Below are positions 29,213 to 39,767 of a stretch of 64,000 nucleotides of DNA, in pieces. The notes under the pieces were generated by a model that saw nothing but the letters and a program-made list of their open reading frames with translations, was not told the DNA's origin and did no database searches. Source of the DNA: Escherichia phage vB_EcoM_G50. The stretch lies in sequence record NC_054917.1, one strand, 5' to 3'. The number at the start of each line of letters is the position of its first letter. Positions within the stretch are counted from its first letter, which is position 1. A program made the translations under genes and the position numbers.

Positions 29213-29776
29213 TTACCATTCCAATGCTAGTTTTTTGAGTTGTTTCTGTTCTTTTACGTTCTTAGTCACTTCTTTCAAAAAATCATCCGTGACTAATCCT
29301 TTAAGTTCTTTTAATACTAAAGGTAGTTTTCCATTTTTAGTAAGAATTGATTTATAGTTAATTGCATCATTTGTATTAACTTGATACCGCTTAGCAAGTA
29401 ACTTAATAATCAATACTTCGGTGGAATCTTCAACCAGTTTTGCCCATTTACCATATCTTTTACCACGAGGAACTGCAGCCATTAGATAATTAAAATGAGC
29501 TTCATCACTTAAGCCTGATCCAATTAAATTCATAGCATATACAGCTGGCATGCACTCTGGAAATTGTGATAATGCATTTTCGACCATGAATTTTGAATAA
29601 TCTTTTTGAGCAATTGAGCATTTAGTTTTATTATTGATAGCTCCAATTATTTCAAAAAATTCATTTTCAGCTTTTTCTTTAAAAGAATCAGCAGCGGATT
29701 GGACAGCTGTCCAATCTTTTGAATACCAAGCAATTTGATGCTCGTTTAATTGAATATCATCTTCAAATAAGCTCAT
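29213..29776 (-). CDS. 62: clamp loader small subunit gp62
   Basis: 187 aa; position between regA and 44. Confidence 0.88.
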   Translation of the reverse strand: MSLFEDDIQLNEHQIAWYSKDWTAVQSAADSFKEKAENEFFEIIGAINNKTKCSIAQKDYSKFMVENALSQFPECMPAVYAMNLIGSGLSDEAHFNYLMAAVPRGKRYGKWAKLVEDSTEVLIIKLLAKRYQVNTNDAINYKSILTKNGKLPLVLKELKGLVTDDFLKEVTKNVKEQKQLKKLALEW

Positions 29777-29777
29777 A

Positions 29778-30737
29778 TCACTTCCACTGCATTTCGCATG
29801 CTAATTGAATGAAAAGATAAGCTAAATGCAATTCAGTATTAGCTGCAATACCATGATACTGATTATTTTCGCCGACAATTTCGTACATACGAATAATACT
29901 TTGTGGAGTTACACGTGAATAGATTTCTTCGGCAAGTTTACCCACGAACCACGAATAATCGGCTGCATATTTTGGTGCTAAAGCTCTGAGTTGTTTAACA
30001 TCTTTATTTTTGAGAGACTCAAGAACATCATCAATAGCACCACGATCGTTAGTAACCAGTGATAAAATACCAGCATCCAAAACACCTTTAGATGAATAAC
30101 TATCGAGCTCGCCAATAGTTTTACGAAAATCAGGAAAATTCTTTTTAACCAAAGCTGCTACAACTTTCATATCAGCTATAGCAATTCCTTCATGCTTGCA
30201 GATTTCAGTCAATCGACGAATCATCTGCTTCATCATTTCAATTTTATCTTCATCAGTTGGTTGACCGAATGTAATAACTCGGCAGCGTGACTGAAGCGGT
30301 TTAATAATACCATCAATATTGTTAGCAGTAATAATAATACTACAGTTTGAACTATAAGCTTCCATAAAGGAACGAAGATGACGCTGAGACTCTGCTAACC
30401 CTGAGCGGTCAAATTCATCAATAACGATTACTTTTTGACGACCATCAAATGAAGCTGCACTAGCAAAATTAGTCAAAGGACCACGAACGAAATCAATTTT
30501 ACAGTCTGATCCATTCACAAACATCATATCAGCATTTACATCATGACACAATGCTTTTGCTACAGTTGTTTTACCTGTTCCTGGAGAAGGAGAATGAAGA
30601 ATAATATGTGGAATCTTACCTTTACTTGTAATAGATTTAAAGGTTTCTTTATCAAAGGCGGGAAGAATACATTCATCGATAGTAGATGGACGATATTTCT
30701 GTTCAAGAATGTGTTCTTTTTCATTTACGGTAATCAT
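29778..30737 (-). CDS. 44: clamp loader ATPase gp44
   Basis: AAA+ motifs GTGKTT and DEFD; start taken at MITVNEK (319 aa). Confidence 0.9.
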
Positions 30738-30770
30738 AATTTCCTCATTCAAGTTTTAGTGTAAATTATA

Positions 30771-30786
30771 AAGGGCCGAAGCCCTC
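30771..30786 (-). terminator. C(UUCG)G hairpin between genes 45 and 44
   Basis: AGGGC-UUCG-GCCCU. Confidence 0.45.
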
Positions 30787-30788
30787 TA

Positions 30789-31475
30789 TTAAAAATCATG
30801 GGTAGAATCAGCTTCAAGAGCTACTACATAATTCGCATGTTCACCTTCAAATTTAGCAGCGCCTTGTTTACCTTTTGCCCAAAGCAGAAGTTTATAATTT
30901 CCTGGTTGCATTTTCATATTTGCCATATTGATAATGAAATTAAATGTGTTTTCACCATCATAATCACCAAGAGTCAAAGAATATTTAACACGAGTCAAAG
31001 CAGAATCTTCTACTTTATTAAAACCGTTAATTACGATTTTACCTTCTTTTACTGTGATAGCAATTGTATCAATCTGCAGACCGCGAGATACACGCAACAG
31101 CTGTTGAAGGTCTTCAGCTTTAATTTCGGTAACAACAGATGCTACCGGGAATGGAATTGGTTTATTAGGAGCAACTACTGTACTCGGATCGGCTGCTGGC
31201 CAAAAAATTGTTGAACGGGCATCAGCAATTTTAATATTTCCATCTTCTGACTGGGAAATTTCTGCATCATCATTAACTAGAGACAGAATACCGAGAAAAC
31301 CGTTCAAATCGTAAATTGCTACATCAAAATCAATAGTGTCAGAAATATTTGCTTCCGCGTAAGTTGTACCATTAACTGCGCGAGTCATAATAAATTGACC
31401 GGATTTAAGCATAATACCTGAGTTAATAGTAGCGAAATTTTTAAGCAGAGCAGTAGTATCTTTAGACAGTTTCAT
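30789..31475 (-). CDS. 45: sliding clamp gp45
   Basis: 228 aa; matches T4 gp45. Confidence 0.9.
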   Translation of the reverse strand: MKLSKDTTALLKNFATINSGIMLKSGQFIMTRAVNGTTYAEANISDTIDFDVAIYDLNGFLGILSLVNDDAEISQSEDGNIKIADARSTIFWPAADPSTVVAPNKPIPFPVASVVTEIKAEDLQQLLRVSRGLQIDTIAITVKEGKIVINGFNKVEDSALTRVKYSLTLGDYDGENTFNFIINMANMKMQPGNYKLLLWAKGKQGAAKFEGEHANYVVALEADSTHDF

Positions 31476-31530
31476 GTAATTTCCTTCAATTCAAATGAGA
31501 TTTAATTTTATAACTAATTTAATAAAGCAA

Positions 31531-31920
31531 TTAACGATTAAAATCAGCCGCAATTGTTTCCGCAACAATTTGAGCAGCAACAATTAGACGTTCATCTGCA
31601 TTACCACAATAATCATCTTCAAGGCGTTCACCGCATGAAGTCATAATAAATTTAGCACCGGCGTTTAGGGATTCTGTAGTATGTTTGCGCATTAGTTCAA
31701 TCCATTTATTACTTACTTCACGATCGATAGCTTCATAATACGCATGACGAGCAGGTGCAGATTTAATTTTGTTCTGAATAACTTCCATTGCGTTATCAGA
31801 AAGAGACAAAACCCATGCGCGACGAATTTTATTTTGGTTTTGCGGATTTGAGTCAGAACGCACGTGTTTTGGCTGAATATCTTTTACGTCAACAGTATAA
31901 TTCACAGTAATTTTAGTCAT
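31531..31920 (-). CDS. rpbA: RNA polymerase binding protein RpbA
   Basis: 129 aa, position after gene 45. Confidence 0.75.
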   Translation of the reverse strand: MTKITVNYTVDVKDIQPKHVRSDSNPQNQNKIRRAWVLSLSDNAMEVIQNKIKSAPARHAYYEAIDREVSNKWIELMRKHTTESLNAGAKFIMTSCGERLEDDYCGNADERLIVAAQIVAETIAADFNR

Positions 31921-31929
31921 AATACACCT

Positions 31930-32118
31930 TTAGTCATAATAATCAGTAACAGTCCAAGCTTCATTTCTATTGGACATTATTTTTGTATATTCTGATTTAA
32001 ATGCATTCCTAAGCATAAATTCAGTAACTATATGCTCTTCATTAGAAAAATTATTTCTCAGAATATATCGTTTTATTTCAGGAATAGTTAATAGATGCTG
32101 TCCAGTTGAATATTCCAT
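31930..32118 (-). CDS. hypothetical small protein
   Basis: 62-aa ORF. Confidence 0.4.
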   Translation of the reverse strand: MEYSTGQHLLTIPEIKRYILRNNFSNEEHIVTEFMLRNAFKSEYTKIMSNRNEAWTVTDYYD

Positions 32119-32173
32119 GTTTTTCCTCCATAGAGATTATACTCTAATAAATTAAAGCATAATCTCTTATAAA

Positions 32174-33856
32174 TTAAACCATTACAGTAAATCGACCAAC
32201 TTTCTTCATTTGAAGATGCTGACCGTATGCTTGCGGGTCATGGTCTCTATGTGAAATAACAAAAACGTTAGTATTTTTTAAACTATCTAAAATAGTTGAA
32301 ATAGCTTTTACACCTTCAACGTCGGTCGCTGAATCAAAAACTTCATCAAGAATTAGTGTGTTTATTTTAACACCTGAAACTTTTTCAGCAATATCACGCC
32401 AAGTAAATAAAAGAGCAATATCAATTCGCGCTTTTTCACCTTGACTGAATGAAGCATAACTAAAATCTTCACGACCACGGGATTTAATTGTCTCATTAAA
32501 TTCTTCATCTAATGTAAACACATAATCCGCTTCCATTATTTTAAGATAATGGTTAATCTGCTTATTAAATAATGGAATGTACTTTTTAATAATAGCACCT
32601 TTAATACCAGAATCTTTGAGCATATCAGTCAAAATTCCTCGGTGGTATTTTTCCATTACTAAATTAGTTTTTGTCTTAACAATTTTATCAAGTTCTTCTT
32701 GAAGCAGTGCTATTTCATCAGCATGGTCAATAAACTCAGAAGATGCTTTTTCTATAGCTGCTTTAACTTTTTTAGCTTTATCTACTGTCGTGATTAGAGA
32801 TTGCTTTTTATTGCGAATATCATTTGCCAACGACTGCTGGGTTTTAATATTATCTCGGTATTCATCAACAAGAACTTTTAAATTATCACGATGTGTTGAA
32901 AGCTGTTCAAACGAATGCGTGCATTCAGAAACTTTATCTTTAATTTTAGAAACAACTTTATCACCGGAACTTAATTGTGACAAGCAGGTTGGACATAATC
33001 CACCTTCGTGATACATATTAATGACTTTATTATACGAGTCAATTTTTGATTTAATTAAAACTGCTTCTTGACCGATTTTATTAAATGCATCAGTCGGGTC
33101 TTCATCTAAAACAATATTAACTAATCTTTCATTAGCTTCTTCTATTTCCGATTTTAGCGTTCTAGCTTCTTTTGCCAAATCATCATACATATTTTGAAGA
33201 CGAGTAAGGTTGTCACCCGTTAATTTTTTCTGGCGTTCAACGTTATCATTATATATTTTAATTTGTTGGATAATACTATCTTTTTTAACATCAAGCACTT
33301 GGTTTTGTGAATTTAATTCACGTATTAGTGCTTTATTAAGCTTATCCATTTCAGCTAATGTTCCTACCTCAAGCAGGTCTTCCACAAGCTTTCTTCGTGC
33401 AGGGGTCGACAAACCCATGAAAGGGGTATACCCTGCTGTACCAAGGACAACAATCTGCTTGAAACTGGCATATGACATTCCGATAAGCTGTTCAAATTCT
33501 GCTTGGAAATCTTTACTGCTGGCAGATTCATTAAGACGTGTACCGTTAACGGTGATTTCAAAAACGTTCGGTTTTTGTCCTCTTTTGATATAGTACTTTT
33601 TCTCATCATATTCCATCCACAGTTCAACTAAAAGTTCTTTCTTATTTGTGCTGTTTATTAATTGACCTTTCTTTACATCACGGAATGGCTTGCCAAAAAG
33701 CCCAAATGTGATGGCTTCTAACATAGTAGACTTACCACCGCCATTTCGTCCAGTAATAAGAGTTTTTTGAACCTTATCTAATTGAATGTCAATAGGATTT
33801 CCACCTACTGACATTATATTTTGATACCTAACTCGGTTTAGTTTAAAATTCTTCAC
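32174..33856 (-). CDS. 46: recombination nuclease subunit gp46 (Rad50/SbcC-like)
   Basis: 560 aa, Walker A GRNGGGKST, central coiled coil, C-terminal D-loop. Confidence 0.9.
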   Translation of the reverse strand: MKNFKLNRVRYQNIMSVGGNPIDIQLDKVQKTLITGRNGGGKSTMLEAITFGLFGKPFRDVKKGQLINSTNKKELLVELWMEYDEKKYYIKRGQKPNVFEITVNGTRLNESASSKDFQAEFEQLIGMSYASFKQIVVLGTAGYTPFMGLSTPARRKLVEDLLEVGTLAEMDKLNKALIRELNSQNQVLDVKKDSIIQQIKIYNDNVERQKKLTGDNLTRLQNMYDDLAKEARTLKSEIEEANERLVNIVLDEDPTDAFNKIGQEAVLIKSKIDSYNKVINMYHEGGLCPTCLSQLSSGDKVVSKIKDKVSECTHSFEQLSTHRDNLKVLVDEYRDNIKTQQSLANDIRNKKQSLITTVDKAKKVKAAIEKASSEFIDHADEIALLQEELDKIVKTKTNLVMEKYHRGILTDMLKDSGIKGAIIKKYIPLFNKQINHYLKIMEADYVFTLDEEFNETIKSRGREDFSYASFSQGEKARIDIALLFTWRDIAEKVSGVKINTLILDEVFDSATDVEGVKAISTILDSLKNTNVFVISHRDHDPQAYGQHLQMKKVGRFTVMV

Positions 33857-34116
33857 AAAAGATTCCTTTTAATGTATCTTTTAGACCATTCTATCATATC
33901 ATCATAATCTAAAAAGTATTCATCAAATTCAGCCATGCAAACAACACCTTGTGCTGTTTTTGATGTGATATAAATTATTCCAACATATCTAGAATCTTCT
34001 TCGGTATAATCAATGTTTGCTATGAATTCATCATTAATGTCAAATGTCGAAAACTTCACAGTATGCATCCTTAATACAAGATACAGCCATATCTTGTAAT
34101 GATTTAGGTGTGTCAT
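33853..34116 (-). CDS. hypothetical small protein
   Basis: 87-aa ORF, ATGA overlap with gene 46. Confidence 0.4.
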   Translation of the reverse strand: MTHLNHYKIWLYLVLRMHTVKFSTFDINDEFIANIDYTEEDSRYVGIIYITSKTAQGVVCMAEFDEYFLDYDDMIEWSKRYIKRNLL

Positions 34117-34303
34117 TATCTAAAATGTTGAAGTTAAAAGATACAGCCCAGTCAGTGCAGACTGTAACCTTTTTAATACAATTATCTTCAACCTCTAACG
34201 GTTCAAACCAATATTCAATAATTTCTTTATGCCCAATATTATCTTTTACTTCGCATTCAAAATGCTGACTCATCATAACATTTTTAAATTCATCAAAAGT
34301 CAT
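34040..34303 (-). CDS. hypothetical small protein
   Basis: 87-aa ORF. Confidence 0.4.
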   Translation of the reverse strand: MTFDEFKNVMMSQHFECEVKDNIGHKEIIEYWFEPLEVEDNCIKKVTVCTDWAVSFNFNILDNDTPKSLQDMAVSCIKDAYCEVFDI

Positions 34304-35319
34304 TGTGTTGCCTCTACATATAACTGATTTGCATATTGAATAAGTGCTTCACGGTCAGAATCAGTGATGTCTGGAATTGCATTAATGTATTCTTCCATCA
34401 ACGTCTGAAGAGATTGAACTTCAACTTCTTCACTTTCATCTGACTCGACAGAGTTATCAATTTTTGACACAACTCGTAATGAATGCACAACTTTTTCTAG
34501 TTCAGATTCGAACTTCGTTAGATTTTTGTCTACTTCAGTTACTATAACACGTACTGATAGATTTGTAAAATCTTTATAGTCAATTTTTCCTTTAAATGGA
34601 TAATGAATTCTACGATGCCAGGTAGTATTGTTTGGAATAAATTCCATTCGTTCTGTTTCTGTATCAAACATCCAGAACCCACGAGGGTCATTCTCGTCAC
34701 CTGCAGTTAGTGTCCATGGTGTCCCAATATATCTGACGTTAGCAGCCTCAGAAATAGTATGGAAGTGACCAGACCACACTTCTTTATAAGTCTTAAGGAA
34801 ATCAGGTTCAAGACCGTGAGATTTCATTCCTTTATAAAAATAAAATCCATTCAGTTCCCAGTGACCAACACAAAAAGAAGCAGATGAAGTTTTGATGTGT
34901 TCAAGAATTTCACCAGTATTTTCTTCGCACATCCAAGGAATCAAATCAATCAAACACCCGTCAAAATCTACCGTAGTAGGCTTATCATATACTTTAACAT
35001 TAGGATATTTAGCCAAAAGCTCAGTAGAGGCATTTGGAGTTAAAGTATTTTTAAAGTGCATATCATGGTTTCCTACAACAGTATGTAGGGTAATACCAGC
35101 ATCATCAAGCATTTGAACTATTTCACGAGCGAACTCCATAGTTTTATGCGTGATTGCTTTTCGCACATCAAAAATATCACCGTATTGAATCCATGTAGTA
35201 ATTCCATTTTTCTTAGAATATTCTATTGCTTGTTTAATTCCATCCAACTGAATAGATTGAACCCACTCATCATCAGCTTTAACGCCTAAATGCCAATCAC
35301 CTAAATTTAAAATTTTCAT
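34300..35319 (-). CDS. 47: recombination nuclease subunit gp47 (Mre11/SbcD-like)
   Basis: 339 aa, phosphoesterase motifs DWH, GNHD; matches T4 gp47. Confidence 0.9.
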   Translation of the reverse strand: MKILNLGDWHLGVKADDEWVQSIQLDGIKQAIEYSKKNGITTWIQYGDIFDVRKAITHKTMEFAREIVQMLDDAGITLHTVVGNHDMHFKNTLTPNASTELLAKYPNVKVYDKPTTVDFDGCLIDLIPWMCEENTGEILEHIKTSSASFCVGHWELNGFYFYKGMKSHGLEPDFLKTYKEVWSGHFHTISEAANVRYIGTPWTLTAGDENDPRGFWMFDTETERMEFIPNNTTWHRRIHYPFKGKIDYKDFTNLSVRVIVTEVDKNLTKFESELEKVVHSLRVVSKIDNSVESDESEEVEVQSLQTLMEEYINAIPDITDSDREALIQYANQLYVEATQ

Positions 35320-35480
35320 ATATCAAGAACCGTCATTGAAATGCAAAATAAAATTATTGAAATAAATCCATCTGGAGTGCTAAAGAACCCAATCCAACAT
35401 GCTCTAGTGAATAGATAAAATGCAAGAAAAAGTATCACATATCCAAGAAATATCATTATATCAAACTCCGTATAAAGCTA

Positions 35481-35496
35481 AAGGGCCGAAGCCCTT
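35481..35496 (-). terminator. C(UUCG)G hairpin after alpha-gt
   Basis: AGGGC-UUCG-GCCCU adjacent to stop codon. Confidence 0.5.
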
Positions 35497-36698
35497 TATT
35501 TTGTAATAATGTCAAACTGTTCTTTAAAGCAGAAGCTTGAATCTTGATGCTGATACAAAAATTCATATGCTTTTTCTCGCTCACGGTCATAAAGAGCTCG
35601 GTCAGATGACAGTTCTTTAATACGTTCAAATGTTGATTCCATATCATTTTCATCAAACCAAATGATACCGCTATCATGCGAGGTCAAAGGAGTATTATCA
35701 ACACGGAATTTTAAATTTTCGCCAGTAGATTTCCAAAATACCGGAATTGTTCCACATGCACCAAGCTCGAGATGAGTATATTCTAAAGAACGTTGTAGAT
35801 ATTTTTTATCCAACTTACTCAACTGATAACCAAATCCGGATTTACTCATACGTTCAAGCATTTCGCTATTTACATAACGGTCAAGAATTTGCGTTGGCAA
35901 ATTAGGAGCAATTTTAATTTGGTCTACTTGATGAAGACGATAATATTCATATGGAATTCCCTTTTCTTTAATAGGAATGAACGCTGGAGAACGTTCCAGA
36001 CCTTCCATAATAGTACTTAGTCCTGCAGGTTTAAGATGTTTTTCGTGAAAATCAAACATCTGATAAAAACCTTTCCATGTAGTCGTACGACCAATCCAAC
36101 GGTTGATATTCATGTTAATTTCAGAAACATCTTTCCAGTAGGTTGATCGAACCTTCGCAATATCCATCGGAGGTTGAAAGTTATATACTGTCGGTGCTTC
36201 TTCAATATCATCAAACAGAGAAACAGTTTCTGGATACCATTCTTTCATCAGAACTTTATTAAAATCACCATTATCAGAATGGCTAAAAATAACATCAGCT
36301 CGACGAACAGTTTCTTCTAATCCCAAATTTCGACGCAAAGAAAGAGAAGAATGGTCATGCTGATAAACTATAACACGAACCGAAGGTTTAATGTTATCAA
36401 TAATTTTTTTATAGTTATTAATAGTGTCTTCTTCAACTGAAGTAGCAGGAACTGAATTGATAATTAGAATATCACAATCATTTACCAGCTTAAGTGTTTT
36501 ATCGTATTCTTTTGCCAATAAAACCGGAATTGAAAATGATTTATAATCATGTGCACAGTTACGAGTAAATGATTTATCTTTAGCATAAACCAAAGTTACT
36601 TCATGACCATTTTTAATAAACCAATCACGTTGCTCAAGAGAAAATTTAGTTACACCGCAACCTTCAAGACCTCGAGCCATAAAAATACATACTTTCAT
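35496..36698 (-). CDS. a-gt: DNA alpha-glucosyltransferase
   Basis: 400 aa; matches T4 alpha-gt in size and position. Confidence 0.85.
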   Translation of the reverse strand: MKVCIFMARGLEGCGVTKFSLEQRDWFIKNGHEVTLVYAKDKSFTRNCAHDYKSFSIPVLLAKEYDKTLKLVNDCDILIINSVPATSVEEDTINNYKKIIDNIKPSVRVIVYQHDHSSLSLRRNLGLEETVRRADVIFSHSDNGDFNKVLMKEWYPETVSLFDDIEEAPTVYNFQPPMDIAKVRSTYWKDVSEINMNINRWIGRTTTWKGFYQMFDFHEKHLKPAGLSTIMEGLERSPAFIPIKEKGIPYEYYRLHQVDQIKIAPNLPTQILDRYVNSEMLERMSKSGFGYQLSKLDKKYLQRSLEYTHLELGACGTIPVFWKSTGENLKFRVDNTPLTSHDSGIIWFDENDMESTFERIKELSSDRALYDREREKAYEFLYQHQDSSFCFKEQFDIITK

Positions 36699-36748
36699 TT
36701 AATATCCTCTTTGTTTTGGTTTATTTTACTAAAAATTTATAAAGCAAT

Positions 36749-36770
36749 ATAGGAGCCGAAGCTCCTATCC
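36749..36770 (-). other. GGA-UAG stop fused to an 8-bp C(UUCG)G hairpin (gene-60-like take-off motif)
   Basis: Minus strand GGA UAG GAGC UUCG GCUCCUAU at the end of the 57-aa ORF. Confidence 0.5.
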
Positions 36771-36938
36771 ACATAATACGCCATACAGAGGCTCATTAGA
36801 ACTTTTAAATTTTATGCGCTTATATGTTATAGTTCCTTCTGCTTTAGCTTTATCATGAGACTCTTTAAAGCGTCTCATCATTTCCTCTTTAGAGGAACGA
36901 ATTTTATTATAATCTATTTCAGAAGTCTGGGTGTTCAT
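36765..36938 (-). CDS. hypothetical small protein, 57 aa
   Basis: Hand-translated MNTQTSEIDYNKIRSSKEEMMRRFKESHDKAKAEGTITYKRIKFKSSNEPLYGVLCG. Confidence 0.4.
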   Translation of the reverse strand: MNTQTSEIDYNKIRSSKEEMMRRFKESHDKAKAEGTITYKRIKFKSSNEPLYGVLCG

Positions 36939-36941
36939 CTT

Positions 36942-37148
36942 TCATAACTGCCACCATTTTTTGACTTGATAAGAATCAACCCACACTTTCATATTAGGGT
37001 CTGCTCTTACAATAGGAGGATTAACTTCTTTAATTGAACTATCATGGTATTCTTTTTCAGAAATTTTCACACAAAGATGACCATTCAAAGATTCAGTAAA
37101 TCCTGCATTAATTTTAAGACGCTTGAATTTTACGTGTGTAAGCATCAA
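36942..37148 (-). CDS. hypothetical small protein
   Basis: 68-aa ORF. Confidence 0.4.
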   Translation of the reverse strand: MMLTHVKFKRLKINAGFTESLNGHLCVKISEKEYHDSSIKEVNPPIVRADPNMKVWVDSYQVKKWWQL

Positions 37149-37431
37149 TCATATCCTCAATCTGCGATCTAGTAGTCTTCCAAAGAATACTAATGAGTTC
37201 ATCGTTATATGGCTGTTTTAGAATATCCCGACTTTTCTTGATAGCATATTCGTATTGAGCAAAATTATTGTTTTCAGCTGCAATCTGAGCGTGTTTATAA
37301 AGACGGTTCAGTTCGCGTTTATTTTTAGACAATAACTTATTTGCTTTTCTTTCTGCTTCAAGACGGTTCTTTTCTTCAATAGAAGAAATAAGCTTTTCCA
37401 CTTCATCATTAATTTCGGGTTTATCAGTCAT
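37114..37431 (-). CDS. hypothetical coiled-coil protein
   Basis: 105-aa ORF. Confidence 0.4.
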   Translation of the reverse strand: MTDKPEINDEVEKLISSIEEKNRLEAERKANKLLSKNKRELNRLYKHAQIAAENNNFAQYEYAIKKSRDILKQPYNDELISILWKTTRSQIEDMIDAYTRKIQAS

Positions 37432-37432
37432 A

Positions 37433-37651
37433 TTATTTCTCTAATATAAAATAAAAATCATCATCTGTTAAATGATACCGATAGTTTAATTCTACACCAT
37501 TAGATTTAAAAGCGGTATCATACGGATTTTCTGGATCAATATCAATGTCAAGAGCTAAAACTTCCCTGAGATACATTTTAAGTAAATAGGGAATAGCTTC
37601 AACTTCAGGTATTTCTTCCAAGAATCCGGAGAGGTTAATCGTTAGCCTCAT
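37433..37651 (-). CDS. hypothetical small protein
   Basis: 72-aa ORF. Confidence 0.4.
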
Positions 37652-38192
37652 ATAAAAAATCCAAACTAGGAGAATCGTCTACAACACTTTTCTTTTCAGC
37701 CCCCGGTGTTCTATAGGTTGATTCTTCGTAATGCGTCATTTTATCGTAGATGTCTTGAATAAAAGTTTCATCTACTAACGCAACCATATCGTCGTCACGA
37801 CTGTCATAGACATTGTGAACGAAGTAACTGTATTTCTTTGCAACTTCCTTACGTTCTTTTTTAATACGCTGGACGAATGCATTAAAACAAGCTTGAGTTA
37901 TATACGCATGTGGGTTTTTATATTTCGTTTCATCAAAATTATGAAGCCCCTTAATAGAAGCTTCTATACCATCTGCAATCATTTCTTGTTTCCAAGACTG
38001 GGTGTATCCTGAAAAGTTGAAACGTTTAGATAAGCCTTCTGCAATAAGCATAATGGCTAATCCAATAGTATCATTTTGACGAACTACTTTATTTGGGTCT
38101 TTATTATTTGCTAATTCTGTTTTCCAATCAATAATAGCTTGTAAAAGCTCTTTATTGTTTACGTAATTATATTTAGGCTTAGTTTCTGACAT
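37635..38192 (-). CDS. 55: late sigma factor gp55
   Basis: Start at [21 protein letters not shown] (185 aa); matches T4 gp55. Confidence 0.9.
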
Positions 38193-38270
38193 TTTCACCT
38201 CTTAGCTCAATTCATAGATCTATTATATCATAATATTTGAAGATCTATCTTAAAGCATAGAGGATATCAG

Positions 38271-38540
38271 TTATCTAAGTAAACAGTATGCTTGGAATAC
38301 TTTTTCCATCATCTTTTTAAATTCATGAATATCTATATAATGACTAGTTAAATCAGCATGATATAAAAAGTCTAAAAACTTTTCATGTGTACTAACATAT
38401 TCACTTTCATTTAATTCAGAAACATGACTTTCCCAATATCCAACACCAGTTTTATTTGGGAAAAATGAAATTTTCATGTATTGGTCAACATAGAAAATGC
38501 CATAATTTTCAATAGTAATAGAAATATTAATAAATTTCAT
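38271..38540 (-). CDS. hypothetical small protein
   Basis: 89-aa ORF. Confidence 0.4.
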   Translation of the reverse strand: MKFINISITIENYGIFYVDQYMKISFFPNKTGVGYWESHVSELNESEYVSTHEKFLDFLYHADLTSHYIDIHEFKKMMEKVFQAYCLLR

Positions 38541-38752
38541 ACATTCATCAACTTAGCCGCTTCAAGAGCTGCATCTAGTGAATCAAATTGGTCAACATAT
38601 TCAATCAATTCGCCATAATTGGCATATAACCACCATTGGCTAAATTCATACTCAAGGATGAATCCATTTCCTTCAATTTGAGTTAAACCATTGCCGTTTG
38701 TATTTACTTCATATCCGGCAAGACGCAAATCGTTAATAAGAGCTTCGTTCAT
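38537..38752 (-). CDS. hypothetical small protein
   Basis: 71-aa ORF, ATGA overlap. Confidence 0.4.
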   Translation of the reverse strand: MNEALINDLRLAGYEVNTNGNGLTQIEGNGFILEYEFSQWWLYANYGELIEYVDQFDSLDAALEAAKLMNV

Positions 38753-38754
38753 AA

Positions 38755-39081
38755 TTATACCTTAGTAATTTTCAGGTCTGCAAATTTTTTCTTGCGTTGA
38801 TTTTTCATGCGACGAATAGTTTTATCGGAAATTTCATGCTTTTGATAAGCTTTAGATTCTACACCAAAAGCTTTAACATCAAATTCTGACAAGATATATT
38901 GAACCAACAATTCACGGACAGTATTGCGTCCAATCTTCTGATCATTCTGTTTCATCGTCTGATGAAGCTCTTTTTCCCATTTATCCAAAATTTGAGGAGT
39001 TACAATATCGCCTTTTTCTAGCAAAGAAACTACTTTATCATATGCGTAAGAATTAATGACGTTTTTAATTTGAATAGTCAT
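38755..39081 (-). CDS. hypothetical protein
   Basis: 108-aa ORF. Confidence 0.4.
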   Translation of the reverse strand: MTIQIKNVINSYAYDKVVSLLEKGDIVTPQILDKWEKELHQTMKQNDQKIGRNTVRELLVQYILSEFDVKAFGVESKAYQKHEISDKTIRRMKNQRKKKFADLKITKV

Positions 39082-39119
39082 ACATTATCCTCAATTACGT
39101 TAAAATTTTATTATCCAAA

Positions 39120-39135
39120 AAGGGCCGAAGCCCTT
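39120..39135 (-). terminator. C(UUCG)G hairpin
   Basis: AGGGC-UUCG-GCCCU followed by U4. Confidence 0.5.
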
Positions 39136-39334
39136 AGCTAAACTGTTTGGCACCCTTCCAGCCTTCGTACATCATTGCGACTGATATTAATATTGCTCCT
39201 GCGCATTTTGAATATTTGTGATTCCAAAACCAGTTCAGAAAAACTTCGTCATCAATACCCTGGGCTATCATATTTTCAAAGAACTGGCGACGAGCTTCAG
39301 CAATTCGTTGCGATAATTTAGATTCAGGATTCAT
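39134..39334 (-). CDS. hypothetical small protein
   Basis: 66-aa ORF. Confidence 0.4.
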   Translation of the reverse strand: MNPESKLSQRIAEARRQFFENMIAQGIDDEVFLNWFWNHKYSKCAGAILISVAMMYEGWKGAKQFS

Positions 39335-39466
39335 TTAAATTTTCCAATTACCATTTTCATCAATAAATTTAATCCAGTCATTTACTGACCACTTGGTCGT
39401 ATCGCCTTTTGGAGCAACATTTAAAGTATATAATCCCTGTTTAAAAAGCATGCGTTTGATATTCAT
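39335..39466 (-). CDS. hypothetical small protein
   Basis: ORF from internal ATG after upstream stop. Confidence 0.35.
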   Translation of the reverse strand: MNIKRMLFKQGLYTLNVAPKGDTTKWSVNDWIKFIDENGNWKI

Positions 39467-39473
39467 ATTTTCC

Positions 39474-39767
39474 TCAGCTGTAACGATAGCACTCGTTTGA
39501 TTTACGCTTAGCAACTCGTTGAGAAGTATTGTAATCAAAATCATCGTCAATGTAAACTGATTTTTTCAACTTTCTTACTTCACCACGTAATTGACGATTT
39601 AACTCATCTTTAACTTCTGAATCAATGCCTTTCATTCTACGCCATTTATCTGAGCGAAAAATGTTTTCAACCATATCTTTATGACTTACACCATCAGGAG
39701 CTTTACGCTTTCCGAAATAGTCATAATCACGTACTTTTAAATCTTTACGACGATACGTTTTACCCAT
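39474..39767 (-). CDS. basic hypothetical protein
   Basis: Start at MGKTYRRKDL overlapping stop of upstream small ORF. Confidence 0.4.
   Translation of the reverse strand: MGKTYRRKDLKVRDYDYFGKRKAPDGVSHKDMVENIFRSDKWRRMKGIDSEVKDELNRQLRGEVRKLKKSVYIDDDFDYNTSQRVAKRKSNECYRYS

Noticed and set aside
30798-31214. 138-aa plus-strand ORF
   Set aside because: Antisense shadow of the sliding clamp gene 45
35456-35677. 73-aa minus-strand ORF
   Set aside because: Out-of-frame overlap with the 3' end of alpha-gt; no support
36699-36770. Productive ribosomal hop from GGA at 36768-36770 into a downstream frame
   Set aside because: The only downstream GGA before alpha-gt is followed immediately by UAA, so no extended product is possible; reported only as a take-off-like motif
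36942-37431. Frameshift joining the 105-aa and 68-aa ORFs that overlap by 35 nt
   Set aside because: No slippery heptamer seen in the overlap; treated as two overlapping small genes
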